DNA of 55,895 nucleotides, taken from the NCBI GenBank assembly GCA_050329975.1, contig JBHJOG010000289.1, forward strand, positions 1-55,895, given 5' to 3'. A model generated the notes under the pieces. The model made no database searches. It was not told the origin of the DNA and saw nothing but the letters and a program-made list of their open reading frames with translations. Numbering within the stretch: position 1 is the first letter of the stretch; each line of letters starts with the position of its first letter. A program made the translations under genes and the position numbers. Of this stretch, positions 41,590-50,650 are shown piece by piece. Origin of the DNA: Alphaproteobacteria bacterium (GTDB lineage Bacteria; Pseudomonadota; Alphaproteobacteria; CALKHQ01).

Positions 41590-43230
41590 TCAGCGGCTGC
41601 GCCGGTCCTCGATGATCATATCGCTCGCCTTCTCCGCGATCATGATGGTGGGCGAGTTGGTGTTGCCGGAGGTGATGGTCGGCATCACCGACGCGTCGAC
41701 CACCCGCAGCCCCTCCACCCCATTGACCCGCAGCCGTGGGTCGACCACCGCTTCCGGGTCGGTGCCCATCCGGGCGGTGCCGACCGGATGGAAGATCGTG
41801 GTCGCGATGTCGCCGGCGGCGCGCGCCAGGTCTTCGTCGCTCTCGATGTGGGGTCCCGGCCGGAACTCCTCGGGGCGGAACGGCGCCAGCGCCGGTGCGG
41901 CGACGATGCGGCGGGTCAGCCGGATCGATTCCGCGGCCACCCGGCGATCGGCCTCCTCGGCTAGATAGTTCGGGCGGATGTCGGGATGGGCCTCGGGGTC
42001 GGCGCTCGCGATCCTGACCCGCCCGCGGCTCTCCGGCCGCAGGTTGCAGACACTGGCGGTGAAGGCCGAAAAGGCGTGCAGCGGCTCGGTGAAGCTGTCG
42101 AGCGACAGCGGCTGCACGTGGTACTCCACGTTCGGCGTCTCGTAGGCGTCGTCGGTCTTCGCGAACACGCCGAGCTGGCTCGGCGCCATGCTCATCGGTC
42201 CGCGACGGAACAGGGCATATTCCAGCCCGATGCCGGCCTTGCCCACCCTGGTCCGGGCGCGGTCGTTCAGGGTCCGGGTGCCGGTCACCTTGAAGACAGT
42301 GCGGATCTGCAGGTGGTCCTGCAGGTTCTCGCCCACGCCGGGGGCGTCGTGGACGAGCGGGATCCCATGCTCGGCGCAGAGCGCCCCGGGCCCGACGCCG
42401 GACAGTTGCAGAAGCTGGGGCGAGCCGACGGCGCCGGCGGCGAGGATCAGCTCGGCGGCCGCCTCTGCGACCCTGACAGCGCCGTCCTGCGAGAGCTCGA
42501 CCCCGACGCAGCGACGGCCGTCGAACAACAGGCGGCGCGCCTGGGCATGAGTGAGCACGGTCAGGTTCGGGCGGCGGCGCACCGGCTTGAGGAACGCGGT
42601 GGCGGTGTTCCAGCGCCAGCCGTTGCGCTGGTTCACCTGGAAGTAACCGGCGCCGAAATTGTCGCCGGTGTTGAAGTCCTCGGTCTTCGGGATGCCGGTC
42701 TGGGCGCAGGCTTCTCGGAACGCATCGAGGATCGGCCATGACAGCCGCTGCTGCTCCACCCGCCACTCGCCGCCGGCGCCATGGTACTCGGACTCGCCCC
42801 AGGCATAGTCCTCGGACTTGCGGAAATAGGGCAGCACGTCGTCCCAGGCCCAGCCCGTGTTACCCAGCTGGCGCCAGCCGTCGTAATCGCGGGCCTGGCC
42901 GCGCATGTAGATCATGCCGTTGATCGAGGAGCAGCCGCCGAGCACCCGTCCGCGCGGATAGTTCAGGCTGCGGCCGTTCAGCCCCGGCTCGGCCGCGGTC
43001 TTGAACCGCCAGTCGGTGCGCGGGTTGCCCATGCAGTAGAGGTAGCCGACCGGAATCTTTATCCAGAGATAGTCGTCGCGCCCGCCCGCTTCGAGCAGCA
43101 GGACGCTGGTCTTCGGGTCGGCGCTCAGCCGGTTGGCCAGCACGCAGCCGGCCGAGCCGGCCCCGACGATCACGTAGTCGAAGCGCCCCAGGCTCCGGTC
43201 GTCGGGCTTGTTGCTGCTGGTTCCGGGCAT
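41590..43230 (-). CDS. GMC family FAD oxidoreductase (choline dehydrogenase-like)
   Basis: VGAGSAG, RGRVLGGCSSINGMIY, GENLQDH, HPVGTARMG, SGNTNSPT. Confidence 0.94.
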   Translation of the reverse strand: MPGTSSNKPDDRSLGRFDYVIVGAGSAGCVLANRLSADPKTSVLLLEAGGRDDYLWIKIPVGYLYCMGNPRTDWRFKTAAEPGLNGRSLNYPRGRVLGGCSSINGMIYMRGQARDYDGWRQLGNTGWAWDDVLPYFRKSEDYAWGESEYHGAGGEWRVEQQRLSWPILDAFREACAQTGIPKTEDFNTGDNFGAGYFQVNQRNGWRWNTATAFLKPVRRRPNLTVLTHAQARRLLFDGRRCVGVELSQDGAVRVAEAAAELILAAGAVGSPQLLQLSGVGPGALCAEHGIPLVHDAPGVGENLQDHLQIRTVFKVTGTRTLNDRARTRVGKAGIGLEYALFRRGPMSMAPSQLGVFAKTDDAYETPNVEYHVQPLSLDSFTEPLHAFSAFTASVCNLRPESRGRVRIASADPEAHPDIRPNYLAEEADRRVAAESIRLTRRIVAAPALAPFRPEEFRPGPHIESDEDLARAAGDIATTIFHPVGTARMGTDPEAVVDPRLRVNGVEGLRVVDASVMPTITSGNTNSPTIMIAEKASDMIIEDRRSR

Positions 43231-43282
43231 GGGCCACTCCCTGTGGTCGGGCCAAGACGGTAGCGGGAGCGAACGGCGGCGG

Positions 43283-43690
43283 TCAATTGCCGGACCCCGC
43301 CCGAAACCCGACCGGCCCGGCGAGCTGGTCGCCGCGCCGGCGCATGATCTCGACGCCGGCATGGTCGAGCACCCCCTCGACCGGGGCGCTCGGCTTCCGG
43401 ATGGTGACGCGGACGGCATTGGTCGCCGGGAACTGGTCCAGCACCGCTTGGGCGATGCGCTCCGCCAACGTCTCGAGCAGGTTGGCGGGCCCGCCGGTCA
43501 TCACCGTACGCACGGTCTCATAGACGGCGGCGTAGCAGACCGTCCGGCCGTAGTCGTCCGCCTCGCCTGCGGGCCGAAGGTCGAGGAAGCAGTCGACGTC
43601 GACGAAGAACCGCTGGCCCAGCCGCCGTTCCTGCGGCGCCACGCCGTGGTGGGCGAAGAACGCCATGTTGGAAAGGAAGATGCGGTCCAT
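43283..43690 (-). CDS. folB: Dihydroneopterin aldolase
   Basis: HHGV..QERRLGQRF, TVCY, NLLETLAE, IRKP: Glu/Tyr/Glu/Lys positions conserved. Confidence 0.92.
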   Translation of the reverse strand: MDRIFLSNMAFFAHHGVAPQERRLGQRFFVDVDCFLDLRPAGEADDYGRTVCYAAVYETVRTVMTGGPANLLETLAERIAQAVLDQFPATNAVRVTIRKPSAPVEGVLDHAGVEIMRRRGDQLAGPVGFRAGSGN

Positions 43691-43735
43691 GGGTGCGGCT
43701 CCCGGCTTGCGTGCCTGCTGGCGGGCGCGCCGCGG

Positions 43736-44518
43736 TCACGTCATCGCGGCGCTGATCTTGGCGGCGGCCGCCTTCAGCGGCGGCAGGTAGTCGCGGAGTA
43801 TGGCCGCCTTCGAGATGCGGGCGGCATGGGTGCTGAGGTTGATCGCCGCGCGCAGCGCCCCGCCGGCGTCGTAGACCGGGACGGCCAGCGAGCGCAACCC
43901 CTCCTCCAGTTCCTGGTCAGCCATGGCATAGCCGTGCTCGCGCACCGCGCGCACGCGGGCGAGCAGGGCGTCCGGCCGGACCAGCGTGCGAGAGGTATAG
44001 CGGGTCAGCACCGCCTCGCGACAATAGGCCTGCCATTCCCGGTCGTTGAGCCCGCCGAGCAGCACCTGGCCCATCGATGTGGCGTGCGCCGGCAGCCGGG
44101 TGCCGACCCGCAGCGTCACCGACATCAGCCGGTGCCGCGCCGCCGAGCGGGCGACATAGACCACGTCCGTCGCGTCGAGCACCGCCGCGGAGCAGGATTC
44201 GTTCAGCGCCTGCGTGACCTCCTCGAGATAGGGCCGGGTCGCCTCCCAGAAATCCAGCGACGACAGATAGGCGTAGCCGAGGCAGAGCACACGCGGGGTC
44301 AGCGCGAAATACTTGCCGTCATAGGTGACGAAGCCGAGCGTATGCAGGGTCAACAGGAAGCGCCGGGCCGCCGCCCGGGTCAGGCCGGTGCGCTCGGCGA
44401 CCTCGGTCAGCGTCATTCGGCTGGACTCGGCGCTGAACGCCTGGATCACGGCCAGCCCGCGCGCGAGCGAGGTGACGAAGTCGCTGGAACCTTCCGGTCT
44501 GGTGACGGTCAGGGCCAT
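43736..44518 (-). CDS. IclR family regulator, PcaR/PobR-like
   Basis: FVTSLARGLAVI, LTRAAARRFLLTL, VGTRLPAHATSMG, DQELEEGLRSLAVP. Confidence 0.93.
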   Translation of the reverse strand: MALTVTRPEGSSDFVTSLARGLAVIQAFSAESSRMTLTEVAERTGLTRAAARRFLLTLHTLGFVTYDGKYFALTPRVLCLGYAYLSSLDFWEATRPYLEEVTQALNESCSAAVLDATDVVYVARSAARHRLMSVTLRVGTRLPAHATSMGQVLLGGLNDREWQAYCREAVLTRYTSRTLVRPDALLARVRAVREHGYAMADQELEEGLRSLAVPVYDAGGALRAAINLSTHAARISKAAILRDYLPPLKAAAAKISAAMT

Positions 44519-44544
44519 GACGGCCGCTCCTGGCAGCGACAAGT

Positions 44545-44578
44545 GTGCGGCATGTGAACAAGTGTTTGATATACGAAC
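44545..44578. promoter_or_regulatory. Two tandem PcaR-type IclR boxes
   Basis: GTGCG-GCATG-TGAAC (44545-44559) and GTTTG-ATATA-CGAAC (44564-44578) resemble the GTTCG-N5-CG(A/C)AC dyad. Confidence 0.65.
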
Positions 44579-44683
44579 TATGCCGTTGACGCAACCGTGT
44601 CGGCGCTCATAGCCTCGGGCCAACAACATCGCGTCGAACGGGCGCATGCCGCCCCTTGCGGCATCGGGGCATGGGAGGTGCGA

Positions 44684-45226
44684 ATGACATCCACGCGCGC
44701 GGCTGCGGCCGGGGCTCCCGGCGTGGCGGCCCATCACGAATACACCACCGTCTTCGGCTCGCTGGCCGACTTCCGCAAGGGCGGGGTCGAGGTGATCGAC
44801 GATGACCCGCGCAACTATGTCTTCTCCAACGTGTTTGAGGTCGCCGCGACATCCGCGCCCTATGAGCGGGTGGTCGTCGGCAAGAACCTGGAATATGCGA
44901 TCGAGGCGGTGCGCGCCGAAGGCCAGTCTCCCTGGTACGCCTGCGCCCATGACGAGTTCGCGTTGTGCATGGATGGCACGGTGGAGGTCCACCTGATGAA
45001 ACCGGACCAGCCGCAGGTCGAGTCCGGATCGGAGGGCGCGCGCCGGCTCGAGGAACCGCCGGCGGGCCGCAAAATGGGTCGGCTCAAACTCGGCCGTGGT
45101 CATATGGGGCTGCTGCCGGCCGGCAGCGTCTACCGCTTCGCCGCCGATGCGCCCGGCGTGATCACGATCCAGACCCTGATCGGCCCGGAGAGCGTCGAGA
45201 AATGGGCCGAGATCTGCCAGAAATGA
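44684..45226 (+). CDS. hapC: Hydroquinone 1,2-dioxygenase small subunit
   Basis: TVFGSL, DDPRNYVFSNVFEVA, YERVVVGKNLEY, AHDEF, RGHMGLLP, VEKWAEIC; RBS GGAGG. Confidence 0.88.
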   Translation: MTSTRAAAAGAPGVAAHHEYTTVFGSLADFRKGGVEVIDDDPRNYVFSNVFEVAATSAPYERVVVGKNLEYAIEAVRAEGQSPWYACAHDEFALCMDGTVEVHLMKPDQPQVESGSEGARRLEEPPAGRKMGRLKLGRGHMGLLPAGSVYRFAADAPGVITIQTLIGPESVEKWAEICQK

Positions 45227-45236
45227 ACCATCCTTC

Positions 45237-45292
45237 TCGTCATTGCGAGGAGCCCTCGGAACCGGCCTTTGGCCGGCCCCCACTGATGACGA
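45237..45292. repeat. Degenerate REP-like palindrome
   Basis: TCGTCAT…ATGACGA termini, begins GTCATTGCGAGGAGC, inner hairpin CCGGCC-TTT-GGCCGG. Confidence 0.55.
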
Positions 45293-45314
45293 CTGACTGC
45301 GAGGGAGTGCCGTC

Positions 45315-46310
45315 ATGACCGAGATCATCGACATTCAGAAGAGCTTCGACGTCCGTCCCGCCGACAACGAGACCGGCTACCGCTCGTTCAAGGCCGGGTC
45401 GTTCGAATTCCGCCGCGACGAGTATTTCGCCCACATCAAGTGGCCGAAGGGACGACACGTGATGCCGGCCGACGTGTTCCTGCGCGCCCTGATGCGCGAC
45501 GTTGCCTGGGGCTTCTTCTACGGCACGGTCAATTTCGACGGCGTGTTCGGCACCACCAACCTCTACGGCCAGGTGGACATGTTCGCCGGCCGCTACAACG
45601 ACGCCTATCGGGAAGGCGGCACCGACTGGCAGGAGCGCTTCGAGTCCGAGGACCTGATGCGGATCTTCAAGGAGATGATCGGCGACTGGACCAACGACGG
45701 CTACGACCCGTTCGCAGCACCCCAGGAGACCGAGCATCCCTGGGGCCGCAAGAACGGCGGCAACGACCCGGCCGTGACCCGCAAACGGGTGGTGGCGAGC
45801 CGCATGGTCGGACTGCCCGGGGACGCTCCGCGCCGCTCGGACGCGAGCGGCTATCCGGTCAACCGGATGTTCGCCGACGTTCCCCAGGACGAGCCGGAGG
45901 TCGAGGTCGAACCGGGCTTCGAGGACGAGGTGGCTGCTTTCAACCTGTTCGCCTACCTGTCGCGCTCCGACGTCACCTGGAATCCCAGCGTCTGCTCGGT
46001 GGTGAAGGACAGCCTGTACTGCCCGACGACCGAGGAGTTCATCCTGCCGGTGGAGCACGGCAACGACCGGGTCGAGTGGTTCATGCAGCTCTCCGACGAG
46101 ATCATTTGGGACGTGAAGAACAAGGAGACCGGCCGCCCGCGGGCGAAGGTGACCATGCGCGCCGGCGACGTCGCCTGCATGCCCGCCGACATCCGCCACC
46201 AGGGCTATTCCGCCAAGCGCTCGATGCTGCTGGTCTGGGAGAACGCCAGCCCGAAGATCCCCGAACTGATCAGCAAGGGCGAAGCGGCGGTGGTGCCGGT
46301 CAGGTTCTGA
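45315..46310 (+). CDS. hapD: Hydroquinone 1,2-dioxygenase large subunit (cupin)
   Basis: FLRALMRDVAWGFFYG, LSRSDVTWNPSV, PTTEEFILPVEHGNDRVEWF, MPADIRHQG. Confidence 0.92.
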   Translation: MTEIIDIQKSFDVRPADNETGYRSFKAGSFEFRRDEYFAHIKWPKGRHVMPADVFLRALMRDVAWGFFYGTVNFDGVFGTTNLYGQVDMFAGRYNDAYREGGTDWQERFESEDLMRIFKEMIGDWTNDGYDPFAAPQETEHPWGRKNGGNDPAVTRKRVVASRMVGLPGDAPRRSDASGYPVNRMFADVPQDEPEVEVEPGFEDEVAAFNLFAYLSRSDVTWNPSVCSVVKDSLYCPTTEEFILPVEHGNDRVEWFMQLSDEIIWDVKNKETGRPRAKVTMRAGDVACMPADIRHQGYSAKRSMLLVWENASPKIPELISKGEAAVVPVRF

Positions 46311-46339
46311 GCCGGGACCGACTTCCACACCACAACGCG

Positions 46340-46423
46340 CGTCATGGCCGGGCTTGTCCGGGCCATCTCCCCGGGCGGGGGCGCGGATGGCACGAGATGC
46401 CCGGGACAGGCCCGGGCATGACG
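46340..46423. repeat. Alphaproteobacterial REP-like palindromic element, copy 1
   Basis: CGTCATGGCCGGGCTTGTCCGGGCCATCTC…GAGATGCCCGGGACAGGCCCGGGCATGACG; near-identical arms at 51966-52046. Confidence 0.88.
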
Positions 46424-46449
46424 TGCTCATTGGGGGAGCCGAGGACACC

Positions 46450-47940
46450 ATGGAAGGCACAGGCGCGCCGCGGGCGCTGCAGACCAGGCTGCTGATCGGC
46501 GGCGAATGGGTCGACGGCCAGGCCGGGACCACCATCCCGGTGCTGAACCCGTTCGACAACAGCACGATCTGCGAGATCGCCGAGGCGCGTGCGGCCGACG
46601 TGGACGCCGCGGTGGCGGCGGCCAAGGACGCCTTCCCGGCCTGGGCGAAGCTCGCCGCCCACGAGCGCGGCCGGCTGCTGCTGAAACTCGCCGACCGGAT
46701 CGAGGAGGAGGGCGGCGAGCTCGCCAAACTGGAGTCGATGGATACCGGCCATCCCATCCGCGACTGCCTCGCTCTCGACGTGCCGCGCACCGTGCTCTGC
46801 TTCCGCTATTTCGGCGGCATGGCCGACAAGCTGGAAGGCTCGGTGATTCCGGTCGACGCCGGCTTTCTGAACTGGGTCGAGCGGGAGCCGATCGGGGTCG
46901 TTGGCCAGATCGTGCCATGGAACTTCCCGCTGATGTTCACCAGCTGGAAGATGGGACCGGCGCTGGCCGCCGGGAACACGGTGGTGATCAAGCCATCGGA
47001 GCTGACCCCGCTGTCGACGCTGCGGATCGGCGAACTGATGCTGGAGGTCGGCATTCCGCCCGGCGTGGTCAACATCGTCCCCGGCTATGGCGACCAGGCC
47101 GGCCAACGGATCGCCGAGCACCCGGATATCGGCAAGGTCGCCTTCACCGGCTCGACCGCCACCGGGCGCCGGATCGTCGAGGCGTCGGCCGGCAACCTGA
47201 AGAAGCTGCAGCTCGAGCTCGGCGGCAAGGGCCCGAACATCGTGTTCGAGGACGCCAACCTGCCGGCCGCGGTCGGCGGCTCGGCCTGGGCCATCTTCCA
47301 CAACCAGGGGCAGGCGTGCATCGCGGGCTCGCGGCTGATCCTGCATGAAGCGATCGCCGACGCCTTCCTGGAGAAATTCGTCGCGCTGGCGAAGTCGATC
47401 AAGCTCGGCGATCCGCGCGACCCGACCACCGAGATGGGGCCGCTGACCTCGGCACTGCACCAGCAGCGGGTGCTTGCCTTTGCGGAGATCGCCAGGCAGC
47501 AGGGCGGCGAGATCCTGACCGGCGGCAAGGCGCCGGACGACCCCGCCCTCGCCGCCGGCTGCTTCGTCGAGCCGACGGTGGTCCGCGCCCAGCCGCAGGA
47601 CCGGGTGGCGCACGAGGAGGTGTTCGGTCCGTTCGCCTCGGTCTTCACCTTCACGGACGACGCCGAGGCGCTGGCGCTCGCCAACAACACCCGCTACGGA
47701 CTGGGCGCCGGGCTGTGGACCCGCGACCTGCAGCGAGCCCACCGCTTCGCCCGCGGCATCCACGCGGGCATGGTGTGGATCAACTGCTACAAGCGAGTCC
47801 ACCCAGGTTCGCCGTTCGGCGGCTTCGGCGAGAGCGGCTACGGCCGCGAGATGGGCTTCGAGGCGATGCGGGAGTACACGCAAGCCAAGTCGGTCTGGGT
47901 CAATGTCGACGCCCAGATCCCGCCCTTCTACAAGAGGTGA
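46450..47940 (+). CDS. hapE: Aldehyde dehydrogenase, probably 4-hydroxymuconic semialdehyde dehydrogenase
   Basis: PWNFP, FTGST, LELGGK, GQACIAGS, EEVFGP; directly follows the hydroquinone dioxygenase genes. Confidence 0.88.
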   Translation: MEGTGAPRALQTRLLIGGEWVDGQAGTTIPVLNPFDNSTICEIAEARAADVDAAVAAAKDAFPAWAKLAAHERGRLLLKLADRIEEEGGELAKLESMDTGHPIRDCLALDVPRTVLCFRYFGGMADKLEGSVIPVDAGFLNWVEREPIGVVGQIVPWNFPLMFTSWKMGPALAAGNTVVIKPSELTPLSTLRIGELMLEVGIPPGVVNIVPGYGDQAGQRIAEHPDIGKVAFTGSTATGRRIVEASAGNLKKLQLELGGKGPNIVFEDANLPAAVGGSAWAIFHNQGQACIAGSRLILHEAIADAFLEKFVALAKSIKLGDPRDPTTEMGPLTSALHQQRVLAFAEIARQQGGEILTGGKAPDDPALAAGCFVEPTVVRAQPQDRVAHEEVFGPFASVFTFTDDAEALALANNTRYGLGAGLWTRDLQRAHRFARGIHAGMVWINCYKRVHPGSPFGGFGESGYGREMGFEAMREYTQAKSVWVNVDAQIPPFYKR

Positions 47941-47945
47941 GGAGG

Positions 47946-48776
47946 ATGGCCGAGATCACCAGCCTGGAGCAGGCGGTCGCCGAGGTCGTGCGCGACGGGG
48001 ACACAGTGGCGCTGGAGGGCTTCACCCACCTGATCCCGTTCGCCGCCGGCCACGAGATCATCCGCCAGCAGCGCCGCGACCTCACACTGGTCCGGATGAC
48101 GCCGGACCTGATCTACGATCAGATGATCGGCATGGGCTGCGCCGCACGACTGATCTTCTCCTGGGGCGGCAATCCGGGCGTGGGGTCGCTGCACCGGCTG
48201 CGCGACGCGGTGGAGAACGGCTGGCCACGGCCGCTCGCGCTGACCGAGCACAGCCATGCGGCAATGGCCAACGCCTACGAGGCGGCGGCGGCGGGCATGC
48301 CCTGTGCCTTCTTCCGCGGCTATGTCGGGGCCGACCTGCCGAAGGTCAATCCGGATATCCGCTTCGTCGACTGCCCGTTCACCGGCCAGCGGCTGGCGGC
48401 AGTGCCGGCGCTGAAGCTCGATGTCGCCATCGTCCACGCCCAGAAGGCCGATCGCCGCGGCAACGTGCTGATGGAAGGCATCGTCGGCGTGCAGAAGGAG
48501 GCGGTGCTGGCCGCCAGGCGTTCGATCGTGACCGTCGAGGAGATCGTCGACGAGCTCGGCGGCGGCCCGAACGCGGTGGTGCTGCCGAGCTGGACGGTGA
48601 GCGCGATCGCGCAGGTGCAGGGCGGCGCCTATCCCTCCTACGCCCACGGCTACTACAAGCGCCACAACGCCTTCTACAAGGCCTGGGACGGCATCGCCCG
48701 CGACCGCGACACCTTCATCGCCTGGATGACCGACAACGTCCTGAACCGCCGCGAGCCGCTCCGGAGGGCGTCGTGA
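47946..48776 (+). CDS. pcaI: 3-oxoadipate CoA-transferase subunit A (CatI/GctA type)
   Basis: EGFTHLIPFAAGHEIIRQ, RMTPDLIYDQMIG, SWGGNPGVGSLHR. Confidence 0.9.
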   Translation: MAEITSLEQAVAEVVRDGDTVALEGFTHLIPFAAGHEIIRQQRRDLTLVRMTPDLIYDQMIGMGCAARLIFSWGGNPGVGSLHRLRDAVENGWPRPLALTEHSHAAMANAYEAAAAGMPCAFFRGYVGADLPKVNPDIRFVDCPFTGQRLAAVPALKLDVAIVHAQKADRRGNVLMEGIVGVQKEAVLAARRSIVTVEEIVDELGGGPNAVVLPSWTVSAIAQVQGGAYPSYAHGYYKRHNAFYKAWDGIARDRDTFIAWMTDNVLNRREPLRRAS

Positions 48777-49558
48777 CGACGATGCCGGCCGATTACACCA
48801 GCGAAGAGATGATGACCGTCGCCGCCGCCCGGGCGCTGAGCGACGGACAGGTGTGCTTCGTCGGCATCGGGCTGCCGAGCGCGGCCGCCAACCTCGCCCG
48901 GCTGACCCATGCGCCGAACGTGGTGCTGATCTACGAATCCGGCACCATCGAGACCAAGCCGGAGGTTCTCCCGCTGTCGATCGGCGACGGCGAACTCTGC
49001 GAGACGGCGCTGACCACCGTCGCCGTGCCGGAGATGTTCCGCTACTGGCTGCAGGGCGGGCGCATCGACATCGGCTTCCTCGGCGCCGCCCAGATCGACC
49101 GCTTCGCCAACCTCAACACCACGGTCATCGGCGACTACCACAGCCCGACGGTGCGCCTGCCCGGCGGCGGCGGGGCGCCGGAGATCGCGACCGAGAGCGG
49201 CGAGATCTTCATCATCATGCGCCAGTCCGACCGCGCCTTCGTCGAGCGGATCGACTTCATGACCTCGATGGGCCACGGTACCGGCGGCACCAGCCGCGCC
49301 GACGCCGGCGCGCACACCAAGGGGCCGACCCTGGTGGTCACCGACCTGTGCGTCATGGAGCCGGACCCGCACACCCGCGAGCTCATCGTGACCGCGATCC
49401 ATCCGGGCGTGACCCGAGAGCGGATCGTGGCTGCCACCGGCTGGCCGGTGAAGTTCGCCGCCGCACCCGTCGCCTCCGCCATGCCGACTGAGGCCGAGCT
49501 TGCTGCTCTGCGTGCGCTGCACGAGCGTACCGCGCGCGCGCATTCGGAATCGGTATGA
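48773..49558 (+). CDS. pcaJ: 3-oxoadipate CoA-transferase subunit B (CatJ/GctB type)
   Basis: CFVGIGLP, LIYESG, GFLGAAQID, RLPGGGGAPEI. Start GTG 48773 or ATG 48782. Confidence 0.9.
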   Translation: MTTMPADYTSEEMMTVAAARALSDGQVCFVGIGLPSAAANLARLTHAPNVVLIYESGTIETKPEVLPLSIGDGELCETALTTVAVPEMFRYWLQGGRIDIGFLGAAQIDRFANLNTTVIGDYHSPTVRLPGGGGAPEIATESGEIFIIMRQSDRAFVERIDFMTSMGHGTGGTSRADAGAHTKGPTLVVTDLCVMEPDPHTRELIVTAIHPGVTRERIVAATGWPVKFAAAPVASAMPTEAELAALRALHERTARAHSESV

Positions 49559-50622
49559 GTATGGAGTCCTTCGTTTTTGGCGGAGTGCCGGCCCGCGTCG
49601 TCTTCGGCAGCGGCACGCTGGCCCGGCTGCCGGAGGAACTGGACCGGCTGGAGCGCCGTCGTGCCCTGGTCCTGGCCACGCCGCAGCAGGTCGACCAGGC
49701 GGAGCGGGTGCGCGACCTGCTGGCCCACCGGGCCGCCGGCATCTACGCTCAGGCGACCATGCACACCCCCGTCGAGGTGACCGAGGATGCGCTGGCGGCG
49801 GCTGCCGCCTGTGGCGCAGACTGCACGGTGGCAATCGGCGGCGGCTCGACGACGGGGCTGGGCAAGGCGATCGCGCTCCGGACCGGGCTTGACCAGATCG
49901 TGGTGCCCACCACCTACGCCGGCTCGGAGATGACCGACATTCTCGGCCAGACCGAGGACGGCGTGAAGACCACCATCCGCAGCCCCGACGTGCAGCCGGA
50001 AGTGGTGATCTACGACGTCGACCTCACTCTGTCGCTGCCGCGCGGCCTTACCGGAACCAGCGGGATGAACGCGATAGCGCACGCGGTCGAGGCGCTTTAC
50101 GCCGTGGACCGCAACCCGGTGATATCGCTGATCGCCGAAGAGGGCATCCGGGCGCTGAGTGCGGTGCTGCCGAAGTTGACGGCCGTTCCGGACGACCGGG
50201 ACGCGCGGTCCGACGCGCTCTATGGCGCCTGGCTGTGCGGGATCGCGCTCGGCGGGGCGGCGATGGCGCTGCACCACAAGCTGTGCCACACGCTCGGCGG
50301 CACGTTCGACCTGCCGCACGCCGAGACCCATGCTATCGTGCTGCCGCACGCCGCGGCGTACAACGCGCCGGCAGCGCAGGACGCGATGGCGCGGGTGGCT
50401 CGAGCGCTCGGCGGAGCGGACGCACCGGCTGGACTGCATGCGTTGGCACAGAGCATCGACGCGCCGCGGTCGCTGCGCGAGCTCGGCATGCCGGAAAGCG
50501 GCATCGACGCCGCAGCCGACCGTGCGGTGCAGAGCCCCTACGCCAACCCGCGCCCGATCGAACGCACCGCGATCCGCGCGCTGATCGCCCGCGCCTGGGC
50601 GGGGGAGCCGCCGGTGACATGA
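49555..50622 (+). CDS. hapF: Maleylacetate reductase
   Basis: ATMHTP, GGGSTTGLGKA, PTTYAGSEMT, NAIAHAVE, LHHKLCHTLGG, LPHAETH. Confidence 0.94.
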   Translation: MSMESFVFGGVPARVVFGSGTLARLPEELDRLERRRALVLATPQQVDQAERVRDLLAHRAAGIYAQATMHTPVEVTEDALAAAAACGADCTVAIGGGSTTGLGKAIALRTGLDQIVVPTTYAGSEMTDILGQTEDGVKTTIRSPDVQPEVVIYDVDLTLSLPRGLTGTSGMNAIAHAVEALYAVDRNPVISLIAEEGIRALSAVLPKLTAVPDDRDARSDALYGAWLCGIALGGAAMALHHKLCHTLGGTFDLPHAETHAIVLPHAAAYNAPAAQDAMARVARALGGADAPAGLHALAQSIDAPRSLRELGMPESGIDAAADRAVQSPYANPRPIERTAIRALIARAWAGEPPVT

Positions 50623-50650
50623 TCAATCAGAAGAGTGGGAGGGACCAGCC

